This document shows, in pieces, positions 12,701 to 25,699 of a stretch of 64,000 nucleotides of DNA. The stretch lies in contig OZ193909.1 of assembly GCA_964276515.1 (NCBI GenBank), positions 372,001 to 436,000 of the forward strand. Direction: 5' to 3'. The DNA comes from Gordius albopunctatus. Lineage: Eukaryota. A program made the translations under genes and the position numbers. The notes below the pieces were generated by a model. The model did no database searches, had not been told where the DNA came from, and worked only from the letters and a program-made list of their open reading frames with translations. Position 1 is the first letter of the stretch. The number at the start of each line of letters is the position of its first letter.

Positions 12701-14842
12701 TTAACAAGCGGTATTTATTACTAAAAACACAACAAAATTTTTTAATTTTATATTATAATTTACAAATATTTTAAATGAAATATAATTTATTTTTAAAGGC
12801 AAATAAATAATTATATGATTTGGACTTTAATAAATGCCGAAATATATGAATTATCTACAGAATACATAGCGATTGCAAATGAATATTATAAAGTAAATAA
12901 ACTATTTATACTCTAAATAAATATTTTTAAATAAAATATTAATTTATTTAAAATATATAGTTAAAAATGTTAGATTTAATAAAAAATTTATTGTTTGAAC
13001 AAAAAGAAAATGTACAGCAAATTTGAAAATATACCTATATGGTTCCAATGCATGATAATGTTATCTCGTACAGACCTTGGTGTTATTATGAATTTATTAC
13101 CCATATACAAGGATTACATAAATAATTCTTTAGAAGTAATTTTAATATTTTTAATTATTTTTTAATTATAAAAATATTTAAAATAATAAAATTTCTTTTA
13201 TTTTTTTTAAATATAAAAGGCCAAAGTGATTGGGAGAGAAATTTTAACAAATGTAAAAGATAAAATAGCAGATTTGCCTTGGTTATCTCCGTCTAGCAAA
13301 ACTAATATATCTTTACAAGTATATTATAAATATATTATTTTATTGATTATTAAATCAATTTATTTATTATTTTTAAATTTTTTTTAAATTTTTAGCTTAC
13401 AGGATTGAAAATTGAAGCCGGAATTACTAAAACATTTGATCAAATTGATGAATATTACAAAGATGTAATAAATTATATTATTTTTGATAAATATTTTTAC
13501 AATAATTTTTAACTATATATTTCCATAGCTCATTATAAAAGCGGATGATTCTTACTATTCCAATATAAACAATCTTAAAACTTTTCGGAAAAATTTATTG
13601 GCTAAAAAATGGCGGGGTTTCGTGCTCCTCGGCTATGATTGGTGGAACGTGTAATCTTAAAATATCAATATTATATTCATATTTTATAATTTTATTTTAA
13701 ATTTATATATTATTTTTGTTTGATATTTACAGACAACAATATCACCCTTCATACGTTGAAGCATTTAATATATTAGAAATTCCAGTAACTTCTATGAGAT
13801 ACCCATCATTTTCTAAGGACATGACAGATTCTTTTAGATATGCTGGTCTAGGAAACATGATAAGTGTAGAATTAATGAAAGCATCAAATTCATTAAGTAT
13901 TTATTAAATCAAATAAAAGTAAAAATGTGTTTTGAGGTGCGTTGTTGGAATTGTATTTTGAAAATCCTAAAATGAAATTTAAAAATGTTCAGACAGAACA
14001 GTTGATGAGCTGTGTAACGGATATTACAGAAGAAATTGAAAGCACGAGTTTTCACGAAAATCTAGAAGAGGTATTTTAAATTATAGAAATTTATTTATTT
14101 CGATTGGTTTTGAATATTGTTTTAAAAAAATTAATATTTGTTAGAAACACGATATTATGAGAATCAAGGTGGATTCAATAACTACAGCTGGTGCCCTGAA
14201 ATACGCATATCAAGTTATAACTTAAATAAAACTAACTGCTATCAAAAAAATAAATAAAAACTCTTTAATTAATAAACTTTAAATTAAGGCATAATAAAAA
14301 AACATAAAATTAAAAAAAAAAAATTTAAGGTATACAAAAACAGGACTTCCAAAAGAGCTTTAATTGGCTTTAGAAACGAGGATCTCGAATTTTTTGTCGT
14401 GCACGCTCAAGTATTATATTCTTTTTAACAATTAAATATAATTAAAAGATTTATTAAAATTAAATAAAATATAATTTCGATCGGAATGTTCTAGATTAAA
14501 TTGTTTCTCAAATTTACTTAGTATTCTTGTGTAAACGCTGGATACGAAAACATGCAAATGAAAGAAGACTCTAAACTAAAGTACTTTACAAATTAACACT
14601 TTTCTACAATTTCTTATCAATTTTATTTTTCTTATTTATTCAAAATTCTTTTTAAATCATTTTCTCTCTCTATTTTTCACCAAAATCATTTATTTATTTT
14701 AAAAATTAATTTAAACAATATTAATTTTGAAAAACAATCTAGATTGAATCAAATGTTGAGACACGTTCAAGAATTTCACGACACATTTCAATGTAAACCT
14801 GGCGATAATATGGTAGCCAAAAGAAGTTGCAAATCATTTTAA
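9770..14842 (+). CDS. M13 family (neprilysin/ECE-like) type-II membrane protein, predicted catalytically inactive; multi-exon
   Basis: N-terminal cytoplasmic tail and TM (LLTGLGCATLALVGMAVMIII). Family motifs include CYEPYCLKLAAYVASNM, PEPCQDFYEYACG, EVGGW, VDWNEF, INNYMIW, LPWLSPSSK, NILEIPVTSMRYPSF..FRYAGLGNMISVELMK and the C-terminus RLNQMLRHVQEFHDTFQCKPGDNMVAKRSCKSF* (TAA 14840-14842). Many short AT-rich introns. Confidence 0.88.
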
Positions 14843-15067
14843 CCTTTCTACAAACTATTTTATTCCAATATCACGTTTTACATTTGTATAAATTAAAAAA
14901 ATAATACAACTATTGAATGTAAATAATTTATGAAATTACACAATTAGCATGAGCGATAATAATAATAAAAGGAATTATCTTGATTTCTAAGGAACCTCAG
15001 TTTCTGGAAGAATTAAGCAAAAATTCACTCGGGTAATTGTAATCATCACAATTGTATTAATGGTATC

Positions 15068-18000
15068 TTAATTTTTTAAATCAACAGCAGGTGATCTCTT
15101 ACGCGTTATAAAATTTGCGGTTCGACGCAAACGCTACAATAAAAAAATAATTTTAAAAAATAATTAAATAATTTTAACACGAAATAAATAAAAAAAATTA
15201 TCTAAGGTACCCTATTTCGTCCGTGTTTTTTATGTGACGGTCGCGCATTTATATTGTCGCCCATTGAAATTCTTCGAGAATTTCCGTAATCTGCGGATCA
15301 TTGAATAAATTGATTTCGTATACAAGGGCAAAATATTATATCAAAATCTAAAAAAATAATATAAATATTTTAAGGGAATAATAATAATAATATATTTCCA
15401 AAATCTTGTTGATTACACTCAACAAAAAAATTTTTATTCTCAAAAATATTTTAAAAACACGCAAAAAAGCGAATAAAAACTTTTAATGGGATTTGATTCG
15501 ATGGGCCTGAAAGAAAAGTCGAACCAATGCAGTTTTAATATATTATCGCGTTCCAAGGAACTAGGCGTCGTGACGAACGCCAACGGTTGACGTTGAGAGG
15601 TTCGAGTGTTGGCTGGTTCAATCCCAGGAGCTGACTTAATTTCGAAATCTTTAATTCCCAAAGCATTGAGTTGTTCCTTTAAATTTTATAAAGCAAAAAT
15701 TCCACAAAACTTTTTTAAATTATAACTTGTAAATATAGTTAAATACCAATATGGGAGAGGGAATGTTTTCCAAATGTATATGATACCCAACTTTTTTTTA
15801 TATATTTCATACATCTCCACAAAAGATGTATTTTTAAATGTAATTAACGTTCAAATTATAAAAAAATGAGAAATAATTGAATTTGGGAAATAATTAACGT
15901 AGAGAAAATTGTGGATCACTCGAAATGGTATACTTTTAGCTCTTGTTCGCAAACTAATCTCCGACCCACGGAATTGTAAAGAGCTAAGGTGTGGTAATTG
16001 GGAGCAAAGTTATGATCCAAAAATTGGGATTTGGGAATGGGTGCACCACTTCTCCCCTTATCCATATCTCTTTCCTTCATAACATCCTTAACGCTCTTCA
16101 AAAGGGTGCCAAGTGAAGAAGCTTTGCTTTGATGATTTCTTTCTAGCCAGGCCGACCTTAAAACATATACCAAATCAGATAACAGTTTTATATAAATATC
16201 GAGAAAAATTGTAAAATTAACCCACGACATTCAACAAAAATTGAATAAACTGATGCCGGGAAATTCTCCAATAGTGGGAAGGGAAGGGGGGAAAAAAGAG
16301 AGTTTTTTTGAACATGATTCAAATTTTGATAAATATTAAAGGGGTCCCTTCCTCCTCCCTCCCGCTGGTTAGACTATTGACATCATGGGGGGGGGGGCTA
16401 AGCTCAAATCATTTACTTGGTCATGAAAGTGGCTGAACTCAAGATTCGAATAGCCGTAGCCAGAGATTTTCCAGTTCTTTTATGGTGCCGATTTCTTTTG
16501 TGCAAATCCATTTTGTTATATCTTTCAATTTCTTTCCAAATTTTTAAACAATTTTAGCAGTTTTAGGAATAATAAATCCAATCACAAAAAATATTTATAA
16601 AATTGAATCGAAATGACAATCTTTTCAAGTTAAAACAAGTATTTATCAGATTTTTGAAAATAAAGCATCATTCTCGTAGAAATCAAATTAAATTTTTTTA
16701 TTATTTATTTCATTCATTTTCACAAAAGTAGCATATTTTTGTTTTAAATAATAATTGTCCATTTGAAAATAAATATATTTCATACCACTAGAAGGATCAA
16801 CAGTATTGACGACTTGGTTTCCACAACCCTTCTCTTCATTGATTTTTCGATCAAGATTTCTGACACAAATAAAAAATATAAAATTATTTGCAAAAAACTC
16901 AAGTTTTAAACGACGTCATAAAGACAAACTTGTGTTCGGGGTTTTTCTGAATTTGGGAACTTTTTCCGAGGGTGGATTTCTCTAGGTTTTTGTATCCGTT
17001 TAAACAAACCTTTTTCTCGGGTTGCGAGATGAAAAGTCGAGGTTCAGGTGTAGCAGCGTCGCGCGTTAAGCGTTTTTTAATTGAGGCGTCGTCGCTATTT
17101 AACAATAAAGGTTTCAAGCTGCTGCTCAATTTTGAAGCATGAGCGTCAAGCGTTAAACGCTTGGGATCATTTTTTGTAAACTCTTCGTCACGAGCGCGCT
17201 TTTTAGAAGCTTCTGAGCGGACAAGCGTCAAAGATTCAACACGATTTCTGCTTATTTTTGACGTATGAGCGTGAGCGTTATCTATCGGAGACCCTTTGTG
17301 GCGAACGCGCTTATTAAAAGCTGCTGAAGGCGATAGCGTCAAACGCTCTTCGCTATTTATCCCTGCATCGGGGGGTGTGAGTGAGCGTTTATGTTGGGTT
17401 CTTGAGCAGGGCGTCACTTCGGGCTGAGAGCTTGAATCGGGATTTTTTGAAGAGCGTGGCTTTTGTCGCTCGTGCAGATAACGCTTAAGTCCGAGCCCAG
17501 AATCTATAAACTGAAGTGTAGTAAAAATAATTTTTGTTTGTAAATTATATCATTATATTAGAAATATTTGAAGGGTTTCCGAGATAGGCATAGCCCTAGG
17601 GGGGGGGGCTGCCCCCTCTAAATCCATTTGTTGACATATAGTAAAATTATGGCTAAATTTTCAAAAAATGATTATTTAGCCGCTCTCAATATCAATATTG
17701 CCCCCTCTAATTTTGAATTTCGATGCTGGCTACGTCCATGGTTTCAGGTATTAGTTTTGAGAACGTAATTCAAAAGAAGTCATAGCGAAATTGCAAAAAT
17801 TTGTCTTTACTAATAAATTATGCCATTAACTAATCCACTATTTAATCCATTTACGATGCATTAATTTTAAATCTGAAAATTGTCAACTCCAAAGGTTTAC
17901 CACCACAAAAGGTGTAACTAAAATTTTTTATAAGGAACTAGTTTATGATATACACCACATAAACGATGATTTCTCTCAACTTCATTTATTAATAGTAAAT

Positions 18001-19645
18001 CCATTGAAACACTTGGAATTTAGGGTCTTGAATAAAAAATAATTTCTTAAACTTTATAAAATCTCGCAAAAATATTTTAAAAAGTGGGGGGAGGGGCACA
18101 TATCCCCCCCCGGCGACTATGCCAAATAAATGACGGGCGGAATAATCGAAAATGGCGGCGGTGCTCACCGCAAAAACCTCCGCGATGGGCTCGAGGGTAT
18201 GAAAAACGACGAAGGCCGATTGGACGATGGGTGCGGCGTCACGTGATCTCGATGGGGATCCTTTTACTTTGCCGGCGTAGGCCACATGACCAAAATAGGT
18301 GAAACACGTGATCAGGTCGTCGACTTCGAGAGTAGAACCGGACGGTTGCTGGTCCGGCTGGAAGTTGGTCTGAGCGAAGACGGGGGGAGCAGACGATAAA
18401 TCGACGTAAAATTAATTCCACAAAATTCGACTTAAAATTAATTTCGATGGGAAAGACATTTAATGTTTATGCCCGAGCTGAGGGCAGGGCTCTTTTTAGA
18501 AATTTAAAATTGAAGAGTGGGGGGGGGGGCTTTGCCCCTTTATGCCCTACTTTGACGAGGCCTATGGCTATTTAATTTAAATATATAAGTGATTAGACGA
18601 GTGTTGGCATCAAAATATACGAAAATAATTCAAGTTAATTCAAAATTTTGTGGTGGGGTAAAATGGAATATTATCAAATTAATTTTTATTAATAATTAAA
18701 AAAATCACTTTGTCCTTTTCTTTCAAACTTATTTAGATAGGCTCACAACCTCTCAATAATTTTATTTGAATAGATTTAAACTATTAATTTGGGTAACAAT
18801 CATAATAGATTAAATAAGTCCTATTCCCAATAAAAAATAGCACAATTGTTCATAAGTTAAAATTATGTATTATTATATTCCCTTTGATATGCTTCCTGTT
18901 AAAACATGGATTTCTAATATCTCCACAGCTATATAATTAACCTTATAAAATATTTGTATCATACAATTTGTTTAATATAATTGAATTTAATTGAATTAAT
19001 AATTTTAAGGCAAATCCCTATAATCGAGCCAAATTAAAATTTCTTACCACATATATTGTACATTTGTCTTGAAATTCATGCAATATTTTTAATTTGTCAT
19101 CTGATAAGTACAGATTTTCATTTATATATTCAGGTGTCAAAGTAAAACCACTTTTTGCTTCATTCAACTATCAATGCATATAAAAATTTGCAAGAACTAA
19201 ATATACTTTAAATATTTGAATTTCTTCCAAAGCTGAAATTAAATCATTTTTATTAGAAGTTAGTGCTTTGATTTTGTTGAATGTTAGAAGTGCTTCAATT
19301 TCTAAACCTTATATAATAATCAATAATGTATAGATATAACTATATTCAGCTTAAAAAAAGTTGAATAAGGAAATTTACATATTATATTTAAGAAAATCTA
19401 TATTTTCTTGTTAAATCATACACCGATGCATTTCACTAACTTGCATAAAAATTAATTTAAGAATCATTGTAAAATAAAATTATAATAATATATATACTTT
19501 TATCAAAGTTTGGTCCTATCAAATGCTTGAGATACGTATCATATCTTAAATTTATAGGCGAAAAATAAAATTGTATCTAATATAAATAGGTATAAATGCA
19601 TAATATAGATACTAATTTCTTTATCTCCTCAGTCGTTGCTGTCAT
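15068..19645 (-). CDS. La-related RNA-binding protein (La motif + RRM1 + basic linker + divergent C-terminal RRM-like domain; La/LARP7-type architecture)
   Basis: Exons 19645-19613 (MTATTEEIKKL), 19576-19498 (IQFYFSPINLRYDTYLKHL), 19307-19207 (LEIEALLTFNKIKALTSNKNDLISALEEI), 19167-19048 (..DKCTIYV), 18369-18169 (TNF..VDDLITCFTYFGHVAY..SAFVVFHTLE), ~17510-16931, ~16859-16786, ~16532-16417, ~16157-15933, ~15677-15480, ~15290-15211 and ~15134-15068. All are GT-AG and phase-consistent. Confidence 0.85.
17581..17740. mobile_element. hAT-type MITE of the dispersed CATGGGCGTAG family (intronic)
   Basis: GGCATAGCC..GGGGGGCTGCCCCCTCTAAATCC...CTGGCTACGTCCATG. Related copies lie at ~9182-9320, ~11797-11950, ~41632-41805, 47746-47913 and ~54650-54763. 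Confidence 0.7.
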
Positions 19646-21510
19646 CACCAAGTAGACTTAAATTTTGTAAATTGAAAAACATATGGCTTTAAATGAATGT
19701 ATAAATCTTGTGTAACCATAGACTTATAAAAACTTAGACCGCCGAACAGCTGTTTATCTCATTAAAATCATAGAGTCACATATAAAGCAGACATCAAGGG
19801 GGACACTTCGATTCTTCGCTAATTTATTTCCTAAAATTTTAAAGTATAATATATATATCCTGAAATATCTGCTAAATTTAACCATAAATTTTTCGGTGTT
19901 TTTTCTCGATTCCTATATTAATAAAAACCATTTATTTAATCCCATTTGCAAAAAAGAAGACAAAAAACGGATAAAAAATCTTTAAATAATCAAAGTTCAA
20001 AGCAAGATGATCATTTTAAAAAAGTAGATGTTAATAATTTCCAGGAGTCTATGCCTAAAAGTAGCTTAATTTTTTATATACCCCTAAGCTCAAATCATTT
20101 AAGCTAAATTTATATTTGATGCTTTAGATAATTTTCTTTATAATAAACCTCTGCTATTCGATCTAGATTGTGTAGAAGAGTGTGACTATTCAAATATAGT
20201 CATACTTGACAAAAAACCTCATTTTTAAAATAATATTCACCTTCAAAAATAGTTGTTTTAAATACTGATGAATATGAATTAGAGAAAGAAACATTTATAG
20301 GGGTTTCTGAACTACCTTAGTTCCTAGAATTTTTATGTTGGCCTTTGTGTCTACTGCTCAGAAGATTCATTGCAGTAAACAGATAGCTCCTTAAAATAAA
20401 TGTTGAAAGGGAGATGTTGCAAATAACCACAAATTATGATAAAATATTGTCCTTCATATAACTATTGTTTTAAAAGTATTTTTTGTAATGTCAACAATTT
20501 TGATATTTAATTTATATTTTATAACTGTATTTTGTTAAAGTGCAGTGTAAAAATAGAAATAGCTTTATAGTTAAGTAAGGTCTATTAATAAAATAATAAT
20601 CAGAATTTTTTTAAATGTTATGGTTTTTTAAATTTTCTAAATTTCTTACATTTATATCTAAAATGAAGCTTCGAGTGCTCTTAATTAATTTATAAGGCAT
20701 TGACTTTTTATTATGTATTTAATGAAATTCCTATATAGGTACGGTTCCAATGCAAAGAAGAATAATCTACATATTATGGATCATGCAGCATGCCGGTGCC
20801 ATTTGATTATTTGTACTCATATTCTATTATGTTGTAATGTATTAAATCATGTAATAAATTTTACAACCTACGCATATATTTTATAAAATGAAACTACTGA
20901 CTAATTTTATTTTAATCTAAGTGATTGTAAATATTTTATATGTGAATTTTTACATTTTGCTGTTTGCTTCTTTTTTATTTATGGATTTTCTTTTCAATTA
21001 GTACAAACTTATAAACATTTAATCCATAACAATGTAACAAAACCTATTTTAAAATTTGTTACGACCAAAAATAAAAATGTAAACCCTAACTATTAGTTAA
21101 CTACCATAACGTCTATTTGTAATATTAATAATTGTCAAATAATTCATAATTGTGCTATAAAAACCAGATAAAAATAAGTAAGAATTTTAAAAAGCAAAGA
21201 TGAAACATTTAGGGGGGGGCGGGCTTGTTCTCCCGATCTATCCTATTTAGCCCCTTGTGCTAATTTAAAACTAATTCAATTTATTTAAAAATTCAAAACA
21301 AAGAATGGTATTATAATTACTGGCTCCAAAGCAAATTTAGGGTAGATAGCATTTGAACCTTTTAATTAATTAATTGTCAACCCTTGTTATCTTTCGGCTT
21401 TTTATTAATTCATTTAAAAATCTGGTCCACTGATGTTATAAAGATTTGCAAAAATAATGTTACATTTTTTCATATTTTAAAATATAAAAATAAACTTTTT
21501 CTAAAGCATA

Positions 21511-22496
21511 TCTTATATATAAAAATGAAACTATGTGTGTATGTATGTGTGTATGCCGCCACCAATTTTGGAGAACTACCAGAACGATTTGGCTCAAAGT
21601 TTCACATTTTATTCCTGACACTCCGGAGCATGTTTTAAGATTTGTTCGAGCCAAATCGGTCCAGTAGTTTTCGAGATATTTTGTTTTGTACGTTTTGACG
21701 TTAAATAAAATCTCAATCAAACGCAACCTCATGACATACTGCGTATCTATCGTGTTATTTGAAAATTTGAATATACGGTAGTTCTTTAGTAAAAGTGTAT
21801 CGCTTATAGTATTTTCTACACCGTCATGCCTATAGGTAGTGTAGTTTGATAAATGTAGGCATGTGCTGCGGAAAATGGAAACTTTTTACGATTTGAAATA
21901 TTAAATCAAATTAATTTTTTTTGCTTATTTTTCACGTCAATTATTATTATAGGACGGTCGTGTCCCCTCCTGCGTAGCTAAATAAATTAAAAAATCGCAT
22001 TTTATCATTTTTTGCGCGTTAAATAAGGAGAAAAATAAAAATACTTAGTGCTAATAAATGCTGATCTATCTCAGTTCTACGGACATTATTAAGTTCAGAA
22101 TTGAAAGTTTTATTCAGAAACAAATGATTATAATTATGATATTGTTTCTTAATTACAAAAAATTAAAAAAAAAATTGCTTGAAGGGCCAAGGGGCCAAAG
22201 ATTTTTCTCTTAGGGGGGGGGGGCATGGGGCCAGGTTTTCTCTCTTGGGTGGGCCTGGGCCTTGGACCCTCTAACTATCTGTTTAAAATTTTTTGCATAA
22301 TTAAAACTTACCAATCATATTTGATATATTCTTAATCTATTATACGGAGATAGAAGAATAGAAGTAGAACATATAGACGACATCAAACTTTATTTTTACT
22401 TCAATAACCACTTTATCATGATATATGCCCTAAAATTCCAACATAATTTAATAGACCCGGGTAAGTGGCAAAACAACGTTTGCCAGGTTCATCTAG
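21511..22496 (+). mobile_element. Non-autonomous Helitron
   Basis: Inserted between A and T. 5' end TCTTATATATAAAAATGAAAC followed by a GTAT/GT microsatellite; 3' hairpin TGGCAAAACAACGTTTGCCA (22466-22485) followed by terminal CTAG. Confidence 0.8.
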
Positions 22497-22999
22497 TTAT
22501 TTGTAATTGTCAGGAATTAGGCTCATGAAATTATTTGCAATTATTAGTTAAAATAATAATTAATATATATAGCAAAATTTTACTTCATAATTTTTGCAAT
22601 ATTTCAAGCCAAGAATTTAAAACTAACATTAGGGAAAGATTTAATAAAACCATTATTTTTAAGGGTCAATAACTTTTTTATTGATAATTAGTTAATTTAT
22701 TAATATAATTTTACTTGTGAAATGTATGATACCCGGTATCGTTTTATGTAAAATTGAAACTTTAACATTAGATTAATATTTTAAATTAAATATATTATAG
22801 ATGGCGCTATTTTTATATTTCTCTTTATTATTCAAAATTGTTAAATATTTATTTTTTTTTTAATTTTTTCCTTAATTTAAATATATTCGTATTTTTTCTT
22901 TCCCTAATATATATTTAAAAACATTGAAAATTTCAAAATTTTATTTTATGGTTATATTTACCATATTTTAGGATATATTAATTATTATACTTTATACCT

Positions 23000-24415
23000 A
23001 GTTAACACAATTAATTTATTAGATAAAGAATGACCGCAATATTCCAACCGAATTGCAACATCATCTAAAGTGGCGTCGATAGTCGCTTTTTTTAGATCAA
23101 TTTTTTTTCTGTTTGTTGCAATTTATTTCCCCAAATTCTTCAGGTTCTAAATCATCGGACGCTTTATTTATCCTTTTATTTCTGCAAGCTCGAGAGAAAT
23201 GACCAACTTTTTTACAATTGAAACATGTTGCCATAGTCGCTGTACATTTATTTCGAGCATGCGAGATCTCCCACATCGATACCTGGTGCTCTCTATTAAC
23301 ACTTGTAACATTACGACTATTTTTGATTTAATTAATATTCGCGGTGTTAACTTCGTTTTCCGCTATTTCCCATGCCAACGCCATATCCAAAATTTGATTA
23401 AACGTTAGGCATCTACCATCAGGATCCACCATACTTGGATATTTGCTTCGAATTTCCACTTCCAATCTTGGATAACGAATTCCAGCTAGAAACTGGTCAC
23501 GCTGACGTTCTTCGACATCATTTTCAAATTTTGATAGCTGAGCCGTTTCTTTCAAACGTTTTGTAAATTCCAAAACAGTCTCTCCTTCAGCTCTTATAAT
23601 CCGAATGAATTCGAGTCTTGACGCCATGATGCTAGATTTGGACTTAAAAATACTCTGACAAGTTTCTACAATTTCATCAAAACTGGCCTCTAAGATATTT
23701 TTTGGAAATAAAAATTTTTTAACCTGAATCACGTTGGCGATTCCAAAGTATGCTAAAAATACTTTTTTTAAAATACGCTTCAGTCCTTCCACCTCGGCAT
23801 GAATTCATTTAGCCAACAATGTATACTTTACATTGTCGAAATATTCTTCCATTGGAATCTCTGGGGGAAAATGGTTGTAGAACAATTTTTGATATATCGA
23901 CTTCGTTGTCAGTATCCGTTTCATTTTTCATAGCATAATTCATCCTTGAATAATAAGTTTCTCGAATATTCTGGAATTGCGGTCATTCTTTATCTAATTA
24001 ATTAATTGCGTTAACACGCTTCATTGGCGACGAGACGTATTTTAAAAAAATTATTCTTAGCATACTTTGGAATCGCCAACGTGATTCAGGTTAAAAAATT
24101 TTTATTTCCAAAAAATATCTTAGAGGCCAGTTTTGATCAAATTGTAGAAACTTGTCAAAGTATTTTTAAGTCCAAATCTAGCATCATGGCGTCAAGACTC
24201 GAATTCATTCGGATTATAAGAGCTGAAGGAGAAACTGTTTTGTAATTTACAAAACGTTTGAAAGAAACGGCTCAGCTAGCAAAATTTGAAAACGATGTCG
24301 AAGAACGTCTGCGTGACCAGTTTCTAGCTGGAATTCGTTATCAAAGATTGGAAGTGGAAATTCGAAGCAAATATCCAAGTATGATGGTAGATGCCTAACG
24401 TTTAATCAAATTTTG
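23000..24415. mobile_element. Gypsy gag relics arranged as an inverted duplication
   Basis: The gag fragment (RLEFIRIIRAEGETVLEFTKRLKE...RDQFLAGIR) is on - at 23328-23900 and a near-identical copy is on + at 24036-24415. PBS-like TGGCGACGAG at ~24025 and TGGCGTCG at ~23071. Confidence 0.8.
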
Positions 24416-25600
24416 AAATTTTTCAAAGTCAAACAGCAATGCTCTAGCTTCTTTATCAATCGTGGCATAGTTTTTCTCTGACTTAGACAACGTCCTTGAG
24501 GCGTAAGCAATTGGTTTTTCCAAACCATTCGCAAACCTGTGCATTAACACTGCTCCGAATCCATCATTAGAAGCATGGCAATCAAGCACTAAAGGTAGTT
24601 GAATTGAATAAGGAATCACTATGTCTTTCTGAGTTAAGCATGTCTTAACGTCCTCTATGGAGGTCCATGTCCATTTACATTTTAAACTCGTCAATCGATG
24701 TAACGGAACGCATATGCTATGAAGGTGTGGAATAAACTTCTCATAATAATTTATCAAACCCAAAAATGCCCTTAGTTGGTGTACATTTTGTGGAATTGGC
24801 GCCTCTTGAATTTCCCGAATTTTTTCTGGCATCGGATGTATGCCATATTGATCTATACGAAATCCCAAGAAATTCACCGAGTCTTCTAAATATTTTACCT
24901 TTGCTAATTTTGCTTTCAATCCGGTCCTATTCATTTTTGCTAGAACATCTGTCAAATTTCTTAAGTGCTCCTCATCATCCTCACCAGTTACGATTACATG
25001 GTCTAAATAGACTCCCGTCTTTTTACAATCCTTAAGCAGACCATCCATAAATCTCTGGAATAAAATTGGTGCTGTAGCGAGTCCGAACGGCAACCGTTTG
25101 TAACGATAATAACCAACATGTGTGTTGATTATCAGAAAATTTTGTGATTGTTCTTCAAACCTCATTTGCAGGTATGCAACTTTAAGGTCGATTGTCGTAA
25201 ACCTATTTCCTCCGGATAATTTTGCCACAATATCATCGAATGTTGGCAGAATGTGATAGTCCTTAAGGAGAAAGGGGTTCAATGTAACCTTAAAATCCCC
25301 ACAAATTCGGATGTCACCATTATTTTTTTTAACGCAAACTGTCGGTGTTGCCCATTCAACCAGGCTTTTCGATGGTTCCACCATTTCGATTACATCGGCA
25401 GCAACTAGTCTATTAAGTTATTTTTCTATGGGACCTCTTAAGGGAAACGGCACCCGACGAGCCGGTAGAATCTTCCCTGTAGCCGAAAATTGAATGTTAA
25501 TACGAACTGGAGTGCAATTTATGACTCCAGGTTTGTTGTCAAAAATTTCTGCGAATTTCTTGATCTAATTGTTTATTTTCGTGCTCGAGTTGCTATTGCT
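24416..25600 (-). mobile_element. Ty3/Gypsy pol fragment (RT + N-terminal RNase H), degenerate
   Basis: WATPTVCVKKNNGDIRICGDFK, FTTIDLK.AYLQ, YKRLPFGLATAP and YLDH (YxDD mutated), followed by RAFLGLINYY and KPIAYASRTLSKSEKNYATIDKEA. Truncated by the inverted gag arm. Confidence 0.9.
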
Positions 25601-25699
25601 ATTAGATTTCCAGTCATATCAAGAGATGACTTTGCCCCCATAAGAGACGTCAAAACAACTTAAACATTCTTAGAGCATTTCTCCGACTTCATTGACTCC

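Noticed and set aside
17845..17937. Possible extra La-gene exon (FLIKNFSYTFCGGKPLEL)
   Set aside because: Its donor phase is incompatible with the next exon, and the flanking exons join in frame without it.
18084..18421. ORFs 18084-18302 (+) and 18239-18421 (-)
   Set aside because: Antisense or off-frame reads of the La-gene RRM exon 18169-18369.
21384..21732. Overlapping short ORFs on both strands
   Set aside because: They lie over the 5' end of a non-autonomous Helitron and have no protein motifs.
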